Shown: positions 19,803 to 29,831 of the stretch, in pieces
Numbering within the stretch: position 1 is the first letter of the stretch
How the letters are laid out: each line of letters starts with the position of its first letter
Virus record (IMG/VR): IMGVR_UViG_3300020429_000539
Span: 364,263-428,262 of that record
Reading direction: 5' to 3' (one strand)
Length of the DNA: 64,000 bases
Origin: a virus
Lineage: Duplodnaviria; Heunggongvirae; Uroviricota; Caudoviricetes
The notes under the pieces: generated by a model
Told to the model about the DNA's origin: nothing
The model's database searches: none
The model's input: the letters and a program-made list of their open reading frames with translations, nothing else
Position numbers and translations under genes: made by a program

Positions 19803-20862
19803 TTTCATTGTTGCCAGGCGTATATTAGAGATTGTTTGTCATAAGAATCGCTGTGATTTTGTCAATCTTGCCATTGACTTTGGCAGACATGAGCCATGCT
19901 TTGACTATGATTCACAGATACTTAAGCTTCCTGAAGAGGCAACGTTGCCTCAAACGATATATAGCATCGTTTCGCTATACGTGGATAATATGGCTTTTAT
20001 TTGCAAAAAGCAAATTCCTAATGAAGAAGACCGTATGTCTGTCAAGAATTTTGCCTTGGCACTGGTGCGTGATTTTGCTACCTCAGATGCAAAACTAGGT
20101 TGTAGCCGCACTGATATTCATACGATGCGTTTAGACCAGTTTCCAGTTGTCTGGATGCTGCTTAAGACCATTATTTGTCCCGCTTGTAATTTGCCTTTGA
20201 ATAATCTGCAAATTATCGCAGGTCCATCAGGCGTTGCAGATGGTGCAGTTTTGATAGATGACAATAAGGGGCCTTTGCCTGTAAAAAGAGACAAGCCTTT
20301 TGTTTTTATAAATCTTGACATAGAAGCGGAGGCAGTTAGGGCGGCATTTCTTTTGGTTGAAGTTCTACGATATTTGTGTATGCTTGTCGAGTCGGATAGC
20401 GGAGCAGAAGATATTCTGCGGTCGATTGTGTCCGAGTTTTATCTCAGAAACAAGATAGTTGATTTTATTAGTATGGCCTATCCGGATCCAGAAAAGGCAG
20501 CAGACTTCTTTGCCACTCTTTCTATAATTTGCAACAGCGAAGATATGGAAGTGATTGCGATAAAGCTAATGAGCGAAGATGCCGATGACATGGTTAGAAC
20601 GGCTCAGGGCATGGCTGATAACTGGTGGTTCTTAGGTCTTACTGAAAAGATGCTTGAACCAGCGAGGTCAGAAGACTGGACTGTCTATGAAACATGGAAG
20701 CCGATTACTGAAGAGTTGTGGGCAAAGGTAGAAACGCAAAGGCGAGTTCGCGGCCTTGATGAGGTTCCGTTCGAAATGCTTCTTCGGATTATGTCTGAAG
20801 AACAGATGACAGATGAAACACAGACGTTACAGGGACTATTGTCCGACGATAGAATTTGGTAG
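19771..20862 (+). CDS. Hypothetical protein
   Basis: 363-aa ORF tightly packed with neighbours; no recognised family. Confidence 0.65.
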   Translation: MMKRELTRISDFIVARRILEIVCHKNRCDFVNLAIDFGRHEPCFDYDSQILKLPEEATLPQTIYSIVSLYVDNMAFICKKQIPNEEDRMSVKNFALALVRDFATSDAKLGCSRTDIHTMRLDQFPVVWMLLKTIICPACNLPLNNLQIIAGPSGVADGAVLIDDNKGPLPVKRDKPFVFINLDIEAEAVRAAFLLVEVLRYLCMLVESDSGAEDILRSIVSEFYLRNKIVDFISMAYPDPEKAADFFATLSIICNSEDMEVIAIKLMSEDADDMVRTAQGMADNWWFLGLTEKMLEPARSEDWTVYETWKPITEELWAKVETQRRVRGLDEVPFEMLLRIMSEEQMTDETQTLQGLLSDDRIW

Positions 20863-20870
20863 GAGAAATC

Positions 20871-21110
20871 ATGGCCGACAATAAAAGACAAGAAGCAGTC
20901 GAAGCAACCTCAGTAGAGTATGAGGCTCATTTGGCTGAGTCGCTGCGCCGTATTGCTACACAGCTTGAGAGCGCTATAAACTTGCAAGCAAATGCCAGGT
21001 ATATTGATGTATGGAAAAAGCTTCATGGTATGAGGGATAGCATTGTGTATAACATGAGCGTCCTTGAGGGCCGTGTGGAACGGATGAAAGATGAAGGTTC
21101 TTCAGAGTAA
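20871..21110 (+). CDS. Hypothetical helical protein
   Basis: AGGAG SD before ATG 20871. Confidence 0.55.
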   Translation: MADNKRQEAVEATSVEYEAHLAESLRRIATQLESAINLQANARYIDVWKKLHGMRDSIVYNMSVLEGRVERMKDEGSSE

Positions 21111-21351
21111 AAGTTTTCAACGACTTGCCGCTAACCTAGATGAAGGTCCAGGTAGGGTTAATCGCCATCCGTCTCCGGGTGGTCTTGGTCGTTCTGTGAA
21201 TAGAGGAACCGAGGGCGTTGACAAAATCCTTGAACGATGGGATGAAGACCGCCCGAAGAAGAAGCGCAAGAAGAAGAAAATCTACCAGCTTGGAATCGAA
21301 GTCGAAAAGAGTCCAGAAGAAGAAGCAGAGGAAAACAGGAACTATTCATGA
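21091..21351 (+). CDS. Small hypothetical protein with basic KKKRKKKK tract
   Basis: Overlaps both neighbours; ATGA junction with the helicase. Confidence 0.5.
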   Translation: MKVLQSKSFQRLAANLDEGPGRVNRHPSPGGLGRSVNRGTEGVDKILERWDEDRPKKKRKKKKIYQLGIEVEKSPEEEAEENRNYS

Positions 21352-22880
21352 CGAATCAACAAATCACCCTTCGCGTGCGAGATAGTCACACGTTCATCGA
21401 AGGGCGGCTTGATGGAGAAGTCTACAAGGGATTAAAGAAAGCTCTTGGCTACAAAGACGACCAAGCCATCTGGAAAATGCCAAAAGATAAGAACGGTCGC
21501 CCCAAAGGTAACTGGGATGGCTGGCAGACAACCGTTTGCTATAGTAAGCACCATTGCAAATGTTCTATCAAAAAAGATGGAACACATTTTCCTACAGGTT
21601 TGCTGACTAAGGCTCGCGATTATTTTGGCGAAGTAAATCAGCCGTATGGATTGATTGATGAGCGCAAGCCTATCAAGAAAACGACTTCGTTTTCTATGAC
21701 TGAAGAGTTTGAGCCCCGCGATTATCAGCAAGAAATCATACGGCGAGCATGCGATTCTGAGCGAGGCATTATCAAGATGGCTACCGGCGGCGGCAAGACC
21801 GCTACTGCTTCGGGCATTATCGCTGCGCTCGGCGTCAAGCCATTTATTTTCTATGTCACGAGTGTTGATTTGCTCAAGCAGGCAAAGGCTGAGCTTGAAA
21901 AGTTCATCCGCGAGGACGGTCAGCCCTTATCGGTTGGTTCGATTGGTGATGGCAAGTGCGATATTCAAGACGTAAATATTATGACCGTGCAGACTGCGGT
22001 TCGAGCCCTTGGCGCTCGTTTTACTAAGTTTGATGATGAGGATTCTGGTTCTGACAAGAAAGCTATGTCTAAAGCTGATAAGAAGGACATAGCAGAACTG
22101 ATACACGAGTCAGGCGGCATGATGTGCGACGAAGTTCAGCACTGGGCAGCTAAAACTTGCCAGGTTATCGCAGACCATTCGGTCAATGCGCGATTCCGTT
22201 ATGGTCTTTCTGCAACTCCTTGGCGAGATGCAGGTGACGATATTCTTATTGATGCCTGCTTCGGCAAACCAATCGCTGATATCAATGCTTCTTTCTTGAT
22301 TGATAAGAAGATACTTGTTCCGCCTTCTATCTATTTCGTTCATATGCCTCGTCTTGAAATGGACGGCCAATACGCGACAGTTTATAAAGATGCTATTGTC
22401 GAGAATGACCATCGCAACGTGACCATCGCAAACATTGCTGAACAAATGGTTGACCAAGGGCGTCAGGTTCTTATTCTTTGCAAGCACATTGCGCATGGTG
22501 AGATACTTGAGGGCCTTATCAACGATAGTTTCTTCATCCATGGTTCGCATACGAGCAAACAGCGAGAAGACTGGCTGAACAAGATGCGTAACAAGGAAGC
22601 AAAGGTTACTATCGCAACGAGCATTTTTGATGAAGGCGTTGATGTGAAACCTCTTGATGGGCTAATCCTTGCGGGCAGTGGTAAATCTCAAACAAGAGCT
22701 TTGCAACGCATTGGCCGTGTTATCCGCAAGTATGAGTGCCCTGATACAGGCTTCATCAAAAAGGATGCGTTTGTCGTGGACTTCTTTGATAACGTCAAAT
22801 ACATGCGAGGTCACAGCATGAAGCGAAAACATATCTATAACACAGAGCCAAGGTTTGATGTAAAAGACTGGAAGATTTGA
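21348..22880 (+). CDS. Superfamily 2 DExH helicase (UvsW/XPB-like)
   Basis: PRDYQ, ATGGGKT, DEVQH, SAT, EGVDV, QRIGRVIR. Confidence 0.9.
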   Translation: MTNQQITLRVRDSHTFIEGRLDGEVYKGLKKALGYKDDQAIWKMPKDKNGRPKGNWDGWQTTVCYSKHHCKCSIKKDGTHFPTGLLTKARDYFGEVNQPYGLIDERKPIKKTTSFSMTEEFEPRDYQQEIIRRACDSERGIIKMATGGGKTATASGIIAALGVKPFIFYVTSVDLLKQAKAELEKFIREDGQPLSVGSIGDGKCDIQDVNIMTVQTAVRALGARFTKFDDEDSGSDKKAMSKADKKDIAELIHESGGMMCDEVQHWAAKTCQVIADHSVNARFRYGLSATPWRDAGDDILIDACFGKPIADINASFLIDKKILVPPSIYFVHMPRLEMDGQYATVYKDAIVENDHRNVTIANIAEQMVDQGRQVLILCKHIAHGEILEGLINDSFFIHGSHTSKQREDWLNKMRNKEAKVTIATSIFDEGVDVKPLDGLILAGSGKSQTRALQRIGRVIRKYECPDTGFIKKDAFVVDFFDNVKYMRGHSMKRKHIYNTEPRFDVKDWKI

Positions 22881-24691
22881 TGTCGTATCGTCTTGTTGTA
22901 GTCGGTATAGATAATGCGATGCTATGGTGGCAGACCGAGCTATTGCATGCTTCATTGAGAAGACATCATAAATCAGATGAAGCAAATCTAACAAGAGTTA
23001 TTAACCTGAATAGTAACTCGCCTTCATACCCATGTTCATGCGATACGTTTGTAACAAAAACTTATCACGATTCTTACAATCCGAACACGCTTGCTGCTAA
23101 TCGTTGTTTGGGTTTTCGTGATTACATGCGCAATGCTGAAATACAAGAAGACTATGTTCTTTTGCTCGATGCCGAAACGCTTGTTTCACAATCTTTGTTT
23201 GATATACCTTCGTTAGAAAGCGGAGAGATACTGACAGGTTATTCAAGAAGCATGGTTGTGGATGCGCATGATAGAGTTAGAAAGTTTATATACAAGCATT
23301 TGCTCACCGACCATCACAAGGCTGATTGTGGCGCTGCCAATATGTACCTTGCTAGAACTGGTACCATGATGACTTTATCAGAAATATACGGTAGCAAGGC
23401 TGAGAAAATCCTTCAAGATGAGCAGGGTATGAATCAGGCAGGAAAGTCATGGGACAGATGGGCTATGACATTCGCAATGATTGAATCAGATTTTCGATTC
23501 AAAAGCAAAGGCAAAGGATTGCAATGGTTGGCTTCTGAGGATAGGGCTGCTCCTATTTTGCATTATCAAGATTTACCTGATACTAAATATGGAAAGTCTT
23601 TTGATATAAATAGCTATGTGCCGTGGAGGGATACTGGTATAGGGGTAAAGCAATGCTCTTTTCATGGGCAGCGATTCTTCTTTGAAAGTTTGAATGCTAA
23701 AGCAAAACAAGAACAGTTTGATGAGATTGACACTACGAAAACATTAGACCATTCAATCGCTATTCAGCGACAGAAGAAAAGGTCTACGGATTTGGAAAAC
23801 GCATGGCTATTTAGGCACATTGTTACACAGCGCAAGAAATCGACGGGTTGGATTCTTATGGCCGGACCTGTGCGAAATAAAAAGGAAGCAGCAGAGTTTG
23901 ATAGGCTGAAAGAAGAAGGATACCGCTTTATCGCTGTTTGCTGCCTAAAAGATTGGCCTCGTATATCTCATACTGCAAAAGAATACGAATACAACTATAG
24001 CGAAGTGTTCGAGGGCTGGCTTCATCCTTTTAGGAATCCCGATGATTTCTTGCCCAATGATGGACGACCTAGGGACTTATTGAGTCGTTCAGATTTTATC
24101 TCTCCTTCGCTCTTTAATAGCTATCTTGATATGCCTAAAGAGCGAGATTTCATCGCCATATCTTCCGATATTGAATGGGTTGCATCGGCAAAGGGCTGGA
24201 ACTTAGCCAAGAAAGTAATACCTGTCTTGTGTAATGAGCTAGGACTAAAAGGAATGCTCATAGGGCGGAGTAAGCTTCTTGATTTGCCTCAGTGTAAGAA
24301 CCTTGTCATTGAAACAGAAAGAATGAAACATCGTAACTTTATGAACCATTTGTCTGCTTCAAAGTTCTATTTGTGTACCAGTCAAGAAGATGCATCTCCG
24401 CGTATAGTAACTGAATCTTTTTGTCTAAATGTTCCTGTTTTGATGAACAAGAATATTTTGGGTGGTTGGAAATATATCAAACCAGAGACCGGAGAGTTTT
24501 TTACCAATGAACAAGATATCATAGATGCATATGCAAGACTATCTAAAACAGAAAAATCTCCTAGAGATTGGTATACTCAAAACTCAGGCCCATCAATCGC
24601 GGGTAAAAGATTGGCTCAGTTTATCAAGAGCATCGACCCGTCTTTCACCGAAGATTTTGTGGCGCTAACTATGAGAGCTAATCATCAGTGA
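22880..24691 (+). CDS. Two-domain glycosyltransferase: GT95/GT96-like N-domain fused to GT-B-like C-domain
   Basis: N-domain WQTELLHAS, NRC, YVLLLDAE, PILHY. C-domain DASPRIVTE...VPVLMNKNILGGWKY is shared with 59886..60905. Confidence 0.55.
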   Translation: MSYRLVVVGIDNAMLWWQTELLHASLRRHHKSDEANLTRVINLNSNSPSYPCSCDTFVTKTYHDSYNPNTLAANRCLGFRDYMRNAEIQEDYVLLLDAETLVSQSLFDIPSLESGEILTGYSRSMVVDAHDRVRKFIYKHLLTDHHKADCGAANMYLARTGTMMTLSEIYGSKAEKILQDEQGMNQAGKSWDRWAMTFAMIESDFRFKSKGKGLQWLASEDRAAPILHYQDLPDTKYGKSFDINSYVPWRDTGIGVKQCSFHGQRFFFESLNAKAKQEQFDEIDTTKTLDHSIAIQRQKKRSTDLENAWLFRHIVTQRKKSTGWILMAGPVRNKKEAAEFDRLKEEGYRFIAVCCLKDWPRISHTAKEYEYNYSEVFEGWLHPFRNPDDFLPNDGRPRDLLSRSDFISPSLFNSYLDMPKERDFIAISSDIEWVASAKGWNLAKKVIPVLCNELGLKGMLIGRSKLLDLPQCKNLVIETERMKHRNFMNHLSASKFYLCTSQEDASPRIVTESFCLNVPVLMNKNILGGWKYIKPETGEFFTNEQDIIDAYARLSKTEKSPRDWYTQNSGPSIAGKRLAQFIKSIDPSFTEDFVALTMRANHQ

Positions 24692-24719
24692 AACACGCCG
24701 AAAACGGCATTCTATGAGA

Positions 24720-24724
24720 CGATA
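24720..24724 (+). promoter_or_regulatory. CGATA element (GACGATAA), putative -10-like box
   Basis: Intergenic, 8 nt before ATG 24733; no SD. Confidence 0.4.
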
Positions 24725-24732
24725 ATACTACA

Positions 24733-25914
24733 ATGCGTCATCTCCCAGAGTCAGACCTATTTGCCGCTCAGCTTGGCGACAGCGAGCGAGATGCTTGGCT
24801 TGAGCGGGCTGCATATGCTGTAACGCGGTTGGGGTCAGCCAAAAATCCGTACGTAGGCAACAAGAAGAAAATCCTGATTGACTTCGCTGACATTATGTAT
24901 CAGCACGGTCTTCATGAAGTAATTGATGGAGGTAGAGTTCTTGATGTCTTCTCGGGTAGCGCTTATGTTTCGTACCTCTTCAAACACCTGGGCGCAGCAG
25001 TTTGGTCAAATGATATGCTGTCTTCAGCATTCTTGAACTCTGTTTCTTTGATAGATTCGGAAAGCTGCGTAGACAGGTCTCGTTTCGATATACTTTGTAA
25101 AGACCACGGTCGAAAGTTTCCGCACAGAATCATCAAAGAGGGCTACGTGCCGCGTCGATTTGCAGAGTACGAAGCAGATTGGCTTGACCGTTTTCGATGC
25201 AACATCGAACATGATTTCGGCGGGACTGTTGTTGACATCATTAAGCATATCGAAGACACTACTCCATTGAGCAGTTTTGGCAAAGCAGTTGTTTTATCTG
25301 AAGAGCTTGATAAGCGAAACGCTTATGCTCAGTATTTAGCTTCTGTTGTGCTGTATGTGACAAGCAAGACTTTTGTAGGCGGACGATTGAACTGCGGTCA
25401 AGTTCTTGCTGAACTTGAACATCGTATTCAGCATGTACGTAATCGAGGTAATACGATTAGCTTCAATCGTATACCGATGATTGGCAGGGCTGCGCATTCC
25501 AACGGGCTGCAAAGCGTTTCTACTCATGCGAACGTTTTTGATCTGTTCGACAAATACAATCCACAGGTAGATATCATCTATCTTGATCCTCCATACGGAG
25601 GCGAACAAAGTAACTATGCAAAGATGTATAAGTTTTTCGAGTTTTGGCTCGGACAGGAAGAAAGGCCCGAAGGCGCTGATTGTTTTACGATGTCAAAGAA
25701 CTATGAAGAAAACTTCAACAATCTACTAAGTATACTACCCACGGAACCGATATGGGTCTTGAGCTATAACGAATCAAGCTGGGCGAATATTGATAAGATA
25801 GTCGGATGCGTTTCTGAGTTCAAAAAAGATGTTAAGATAGAGCAAATAGTTTACAGATACAACTACAGGAAGGTCCGCGATAGTGGTATCGAGTATGTGG
25901 TTATGGCGAGCTAG
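24733..25914 (+). CDS. DNA adenine methyltransferase, alpha/D12 class
   Basis: YVGNKKK, DVFSGSAYVS (motif I), YLDPPY (motif IV), LSYN. Confidence 0.88.
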   Translation: MRHLPESDLFAAQLGDSERDAWLERAAYAVTRLGSAKNPYVGNKKKILIDFADIMYQHGLHEVIDGGRVLDVFSGSAYVSYLFKHLGAAVWSNDMLSSAFLNSVSLIDSESCVDRSRFDILCKDHGRKFPHRIIKEGYVPRRFAEYEADWLDRFRCNIEHDFGGTVVDIIKHIEDTTPLSSFGKAVVLSEELDKRNAYAQYLASVVLYVTSKTFVGGRLNCGQVLAELEHRIQHVRNRGNTISFNRIPMIGRAAHSNGLQSVSTHANVFDLFDKYNPQVDIIYLDPPYGGEQSNYAKMYKFFEFWLGQEERPEGADCFTMSKNYEENFNNLLSILPTEPIWVLSYNESSWANIDKIVGCVSEFKKDVKIEQIVYRYNYRKVRDSGIEYVVMAS

Positions 25915-26757
25915 GTGATTATGTCAAAGAGCATGGAAGACATATTGATGGCGGCGTCTCGGAAGACAAATAAGATATTTGCTTCTCAGGACGGAAACAA
26001 ACCCGTAGAGATATCTCCATCGCCTGCTGAGCAGGTAGAATTTAAGCATAGCCGAAGAAAACATAAAACGTTCCGTGACCGACCAATACAGGATTGGGGC
26101 GTGAGCGATTTACTTGGTTACACGAAGAGCCGTTTCTATGAAAAGTTTGGCTACTCATTTCCTGTTGCGTTGGCAAATGGCTTTTCTGAAATGAAGCGCA
26201 TTCAAGAAGAGCTTCGCGTTCACACTGGAGACTGGCCCTCTGCTGAGCTTACTCGTAGCTATATCGATTGGTTTATAGACGTAAGGGCTCCTGAGCTTGT
26301 CGCTAAATACCGTGTCTTCAAGGCAAAGATGATTAGGCATCCTATCAACGTTGCAAACTTTGTAGACCGATTTAAGCTAAGGCAAACGCCAGGCTCGATT
26401 CGCAAGAAAAAGTTTGATAAAAATGATTCTCAGGTTGTATTTTCCGGAGATGTCTCAGGTTTCGTTACAACCTATGGCATGGTACTTGCTCTTGCGTATT
26501 TTATGCGTAATGGAAAAACAAAAGAACAATCAGCCAAGATTGTTGGACAGGCTCTAAAGATGGCCGTCAATGAGGGGAAGTTCTCGGAATTTGTTACTGC
26601 TACTGAGCAGAATGGTCCGTATCACAACTCTCTGAAGTTTGATGGCTTTGATACTGCAAAACAGGAGATTTCTGCATTGTCTGGTAAAAGACTGAGCCTG
26701 TTGAGTATTGTGTTTTCGGACAATGCAAAAGCTCCTACATTTGGTAAGGAAGTTTGA
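25915..26757 (+). CDS. Hypothetical basic protein, possibly replication-associated
   Basis: 280-aa ORF abutting both neighbours; no recognised motif. Confidence 0.6.
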   Translation: MIMSKSMEDILMAASRKTNKIFASQDGNKPVEISPSPAEQVEFKHSRRKHKTFRDRPIQDWGVSDLLGYTKSRFYEKFGYSFPVALANGFSEMKRIQEELRVHTGDWPSAELTRSYIDWFIDVRAPELVAKYRVFKAKMIRHPINVANFVDRFKLRQTPGSIRKKKFDKNDSQVVFSGDVSGFVTTYGMVLALAYFMRNGKTKEQSAKIVGQALKMAVNEGKFSEFVTATEQNGPYHNSLKFDGFDTAKQEISALSGKRLSLLSIVFSDNAKAPTFGKEV

Positions 26758-27254
26758 TGGCTTCTGACCGTTACTTTGTTAACGACAATATTCGTGCGAA
26801 TAGAGTTCTTCTAGTTGACTCTGATAACACTAACCTTGGCGAGCATTCAAAGCATGCTGCGATGGAGAAGGCAAAAAGCAAGGGGCTAGACCTCGTGTTG
26901 ATGTCTAAGCCGGACCAGGACATTCCTATTTGCAAGATAATGGACTACGGCAAGTTCAAATATGACCAGTCCAAAAAAGAGAACAAGAAGAAACCACCGG
27001 CTGTAAAAGAGATGATGTTTCATATGCGAACATCAGAACATGACCTTGAGACCAAGACGAAAAAGGTTCAGGGTTTCTTGGAGAAGAAGCACAAGGTCAA
27101 GTTTGGCATTTACCTCAAGGGCAGGGAGCGCAGCTTCCGCAGCGAGGCCCGGACCATCCTTGAGAACTCGCTTCTGGCATTCAATGGCAAGGCAAAGCAC
27201 GATGGGATAAAAGAGAGCGACCGACTTGTTTTCGTGACGCTTTCACCCGTATGA
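26757..27254 (+). CDS. infC: Translation initiation factor IF-3
   Basis: VNDNIRA..VLLVD, LDLVLMS, PICKIMDYGKFKYDQ, VKEM, EHDLETK..KVQGFL..KVK..GRE. Confidence 0.95.
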   Translation: MASDRYFVNDNIRANRVLLVDSDNTNLGEHSKHAAMEKAKSKGLDLVLMSKPDQDIPICKIMDYGKFKYDQSKKENKKKPPAVKEMMFHMRTSEHDLETKTKKVQGFLEKKHKVKFGIYLKGRERSFRSEARTILENSLLAFNGKAKHDGIKESDRLVFVTLSPV

Positions 27255-27284
27255 TGGGCTCTTCACCCTTATACTGGACGGACG

Positions 27285-28895
27285 ATGCCAAAAAAGACCG
27301 ATGAAGCTCAGGCTGCCTTCTATGGCTGCGCCACCGATGATTTCAACCATGAGCTTCTTGCTCTGATGAGAAGTCGCCACCCGTTGACTTTCATTGCATC
27401 GAACGAAGAGCCAAGACTGATCAGCCATCTACAGAACATGGTCAATGGTTTTGACTATGAAGCTATTTGCTGGACTGCATCGCAGGGCTTTTTGTGCTGG
27501 AGAGGAAAGCCGCTTGAAGGACAGTCCAAGCGACCTGAAGCGGTTCTCAAAAGCTTCCTTGAACACGCAAAGGCTCGTTCAGAAGACAAGAAGAATCCGA
27601 TTCGTCATGGACTGATACTCATTCTGCCTGATTTCCACAGGTTTTTGGGCAGAGATTCAACGCCAGAGATTGAGCGATATCTCAAGGACATTATCGACCT
27701 TGATGTCAATGCCATGGTCATCATGTTCGGTAATAGCTACGCAACCACTCCAACGCTTGACCAGTCTTTTGTTGTTCTTGATTTTCCGTTTCCGAATGAG
27801 TCGGAGATTGATGCAATCCTTGACAAATGTCTTGCATCTGAAAACGTCCAGAGCCGCTTTCCCGAGCTTGAAGGGCATGTCAATGCCAATCGTGAGGCCA
27901 TCCGTGCTTCGGTGCATGGTCTGACGCTTGATGAAGCCTCTACAGCATTCCACAAGTCTCTTGTGACGGCTGCGCATGTCAAAACACAGCCCCTTGACCC
28001 TGTTGACTTGATGAAGGAGAAGCGAAATCTGATTCGCAAATCAGGTTTGCTTGACTACATCGAGCCGAAGGTCAGTCTTGATGATGTTGGAGGCCTTGAT
28101 CCATTCGTGACCTGGATGAGAAACAGGCGAGTTCTTTTCACTGATAGGGCAAGAGATGCAGGACTTCCTGTGCCAAAGGGAGTGATGCTTCTTGGAGTGC
28201 CTGGCGGCGGTAAGAGCCTGTCTGCAAAGGCAACAGCAAAAAGCTTTGGGCTGCCCCTGCTGCGACTTGACTTTGGTCGTATGTTTGGCTCGCTGGTAGG
28301 ACAGTCTGAGCAGCAAATGCGAAACGCAATCAGGTTGGCTGAGACTCTTTCTCCTTGTGTGCTTTGGATCGATGAAATCGAGAAGGGCCTTGCAGGCGCA
28401 AACTCTACAACTTCTGGCGATTCGGGCACCACGAAGCGAGTCTTGTCATCGTTCCTTACATGGCTCAACGAGAAAACGGCACAGGTCTTTGTGATTGCAA
28501 CAGCCAACAACACAGAGCAGATCCCTCCTGAGTTCATGCGTGCAGGTAGGTTCGATGAGATTTGGTTTATTGACCTTCCGAACCAGACCGCTCGCGCTCA
28601 GATTGCTTCGATTTTGCTGAAGAAGAGGGGCATTGATATTGATGACCAGAAGGTCAGTAAGGCCTTGTCATCTGACAAATTTGATGGCTTCAGTGGCGCT
28701 GAAATTGAAAAGGCCATTGATGAAGCTCGCTTTGCGGCATTTATGCAGAACGGGGCAACGACAATTACTCTCAAGGACATCGAGGCAGAGGCAGTGAAAT
28801 TCAAGCCGCTTGCCAAAACTCGACCCGAAGAGTTCGCCAAGATGCGTTCTTGGGCTGAAGAGCGTTGCCGCGTGGCAAATACTATCACCAACTGA
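27285..28895 (+). CDS. AAA+ ATPase, Ycf46-like
   Basis: DDVGGL, GVPGGGKS (Walker A), LWIDEIEK (Walker B), TANN, RAGRFDE, FSGAEIE. Confidence 0.88.
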   Translation: MPKKTDEAQAAFYGCATDDFNHELLALMRSRHPLTFIASNEEPRLISHLQNMVNGFDYEAICWTASQGFLCWRGKPLEGQSKRPEAVLKSFLEHAKARSEDKKNPIRHGLILILPDFHRFLGRDSTPEIERYLKDIIDLDVNAMVIMFGNSYATTPTLDQSFVVLDFPFPNESEIDAILDKCLASENVQSRFPELEGHVNANREAIRASVHGLTLDEASTAFHKSLVTAAHVKTQPLDPVDLMKEKRNLIRKSGLLDYIEPKVSLDDVGGLDPFVTWMRNRRVLFTDRARDAGLPVPKGVMLLGVPGGGKSLSAKATAKSFGLPLLRLDFGRMFGSLVGQSEQQMRNAIRLAETLSPCVLWIDEIEKGLAGANSTTSGDSGTTKRVLSSFLTWLNEKTAQVFVIATANNTEQIPPEFMRAGRFDEIWFIDLPNQTARAQIASILLKKRGIDIDDQKVSKALSSDKFDGFSGAEIEKAIDEARFAAFMQNGATTITLKDIEAEAVKFKPLAKTRPEEFAKMRSWAEERCRVANTITN

Positions 28896-28955
28896 TTCCG
28901 CGATAACCAAGTGACTTATTTAGGATGGAGACTCAAATGAGTCGAAAGGTTATCT

Positions 28956-29828
28956 ATGCAGGATATCAGCAAGTACATTCACTACTTTAGCAGCATTTAT
29001 CGCAAGAATTGCAGCCATTGGGATAAGTCAGAGAAAGCCTGCACGAATAAGGGCGGCTGTATCTGTGCAAAGTTTGGCGAGGTTCAAGGGCACATACGCT
29101 CTCTAATTCAGCCAAACTATCGTAATGCTACAATATATGACTACACAGGCACTCTTGAAAAGCCTGATGGAGAAGTTGTTCGCGTAGTTAGTGTAGAAGA
29201 TGTAGAGCATATACAGGACCAAATGTGGAAGTTCTTGTATGGCGACGCGCCTTTTCAAGAAGACCTCACACGGCCTGAACTGAATGCCTTATCTGTGCTT
29301 GATGATAGATTTAAGCGGGGCGAATGCCTTGTCATACACGGCGACGCTCGTCGTCAAAGCAAATACGAAAAAATGCACATGCAGGAGCGAATGCCGACAG
29401 GTAAAAGCTTTCTTGCTTCGATAGCGACAATTGACGCTATATGGCGTCGTTGTTTTATAACCAATACAGCGATTACCTATGACTGGGCTTCGTTTCTTAA
29501 GATGCGAATTCTATTGAAGACTCGCTATATAGAAGAACATCAAGAAGTAGAAGAGGCCAAGGAGTCAGACTTTTTGGTTATTGACGACATCAATACTATC
29601 AGTGGAGAGTTTGGAGATAAGGCAGCGAACTGGACGCGAGAAAAGCTTGACAACTTCCTTATGTATCGAATGGATCATCATAAGCCTACCATTTTAGTTT
29701 GCAACTTTGATGTAGAGAAGGTTGACCTGCCGGGACATATGGGTGATGCTTTTGACAAACTAGTGTATTCCTCAGGAACGACTCGTATTCGTGTCGAACC
29801 TGCCAGTCAGAGTCTCCGAGGAAGTTGA
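28956..29828 (+). CDS. DnaC/IstB-like helicase loader ATPase
   Basis: N-terminal Cys cluster, PTGKSFLAS, FLVIDDI, KPTILVCN; directly upstream of DnaB. Confidence 0.7.
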   Translation: MQDISKYIHYFSSIYRKNCSHWDKSEKACTNKGGCICAKFGEVQGHIRSLIQPNYRNATIYDYTGTLEKPDGEVVRVVSVEDVEHIQDQMWKFLYGDAPFQEDLTRPELNALSVLDDRFKRGECLVIHGDARRQSKYEKMHMQERMPTGKSFLASIATIDAIWRRCFITNTAITYDWASFLKMRILLKTRYIEEHQEVEEAKESDFLVIDDINTISGEFGDKAANWTREKLDNFLMYRMDHHKPTILVCNFDVEKVDLPGHMGDAFDKLVYSSGTTRIRVEPASQSLRGS

Positions 29829-29831
29829 TAG

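Noticed and set aside
21218-21246. TTGACA sigma70 -35 box upstream of the SF2 helicase
   Set aside because: Inside a coding region with no acceptable -10 at 16-18 nt.
27242-27275. TATACT -10 box and TTCACCC direct repeat before the AAA+ ATPase
   Set aside because: No matching -35 and a single instance; too weak to call.
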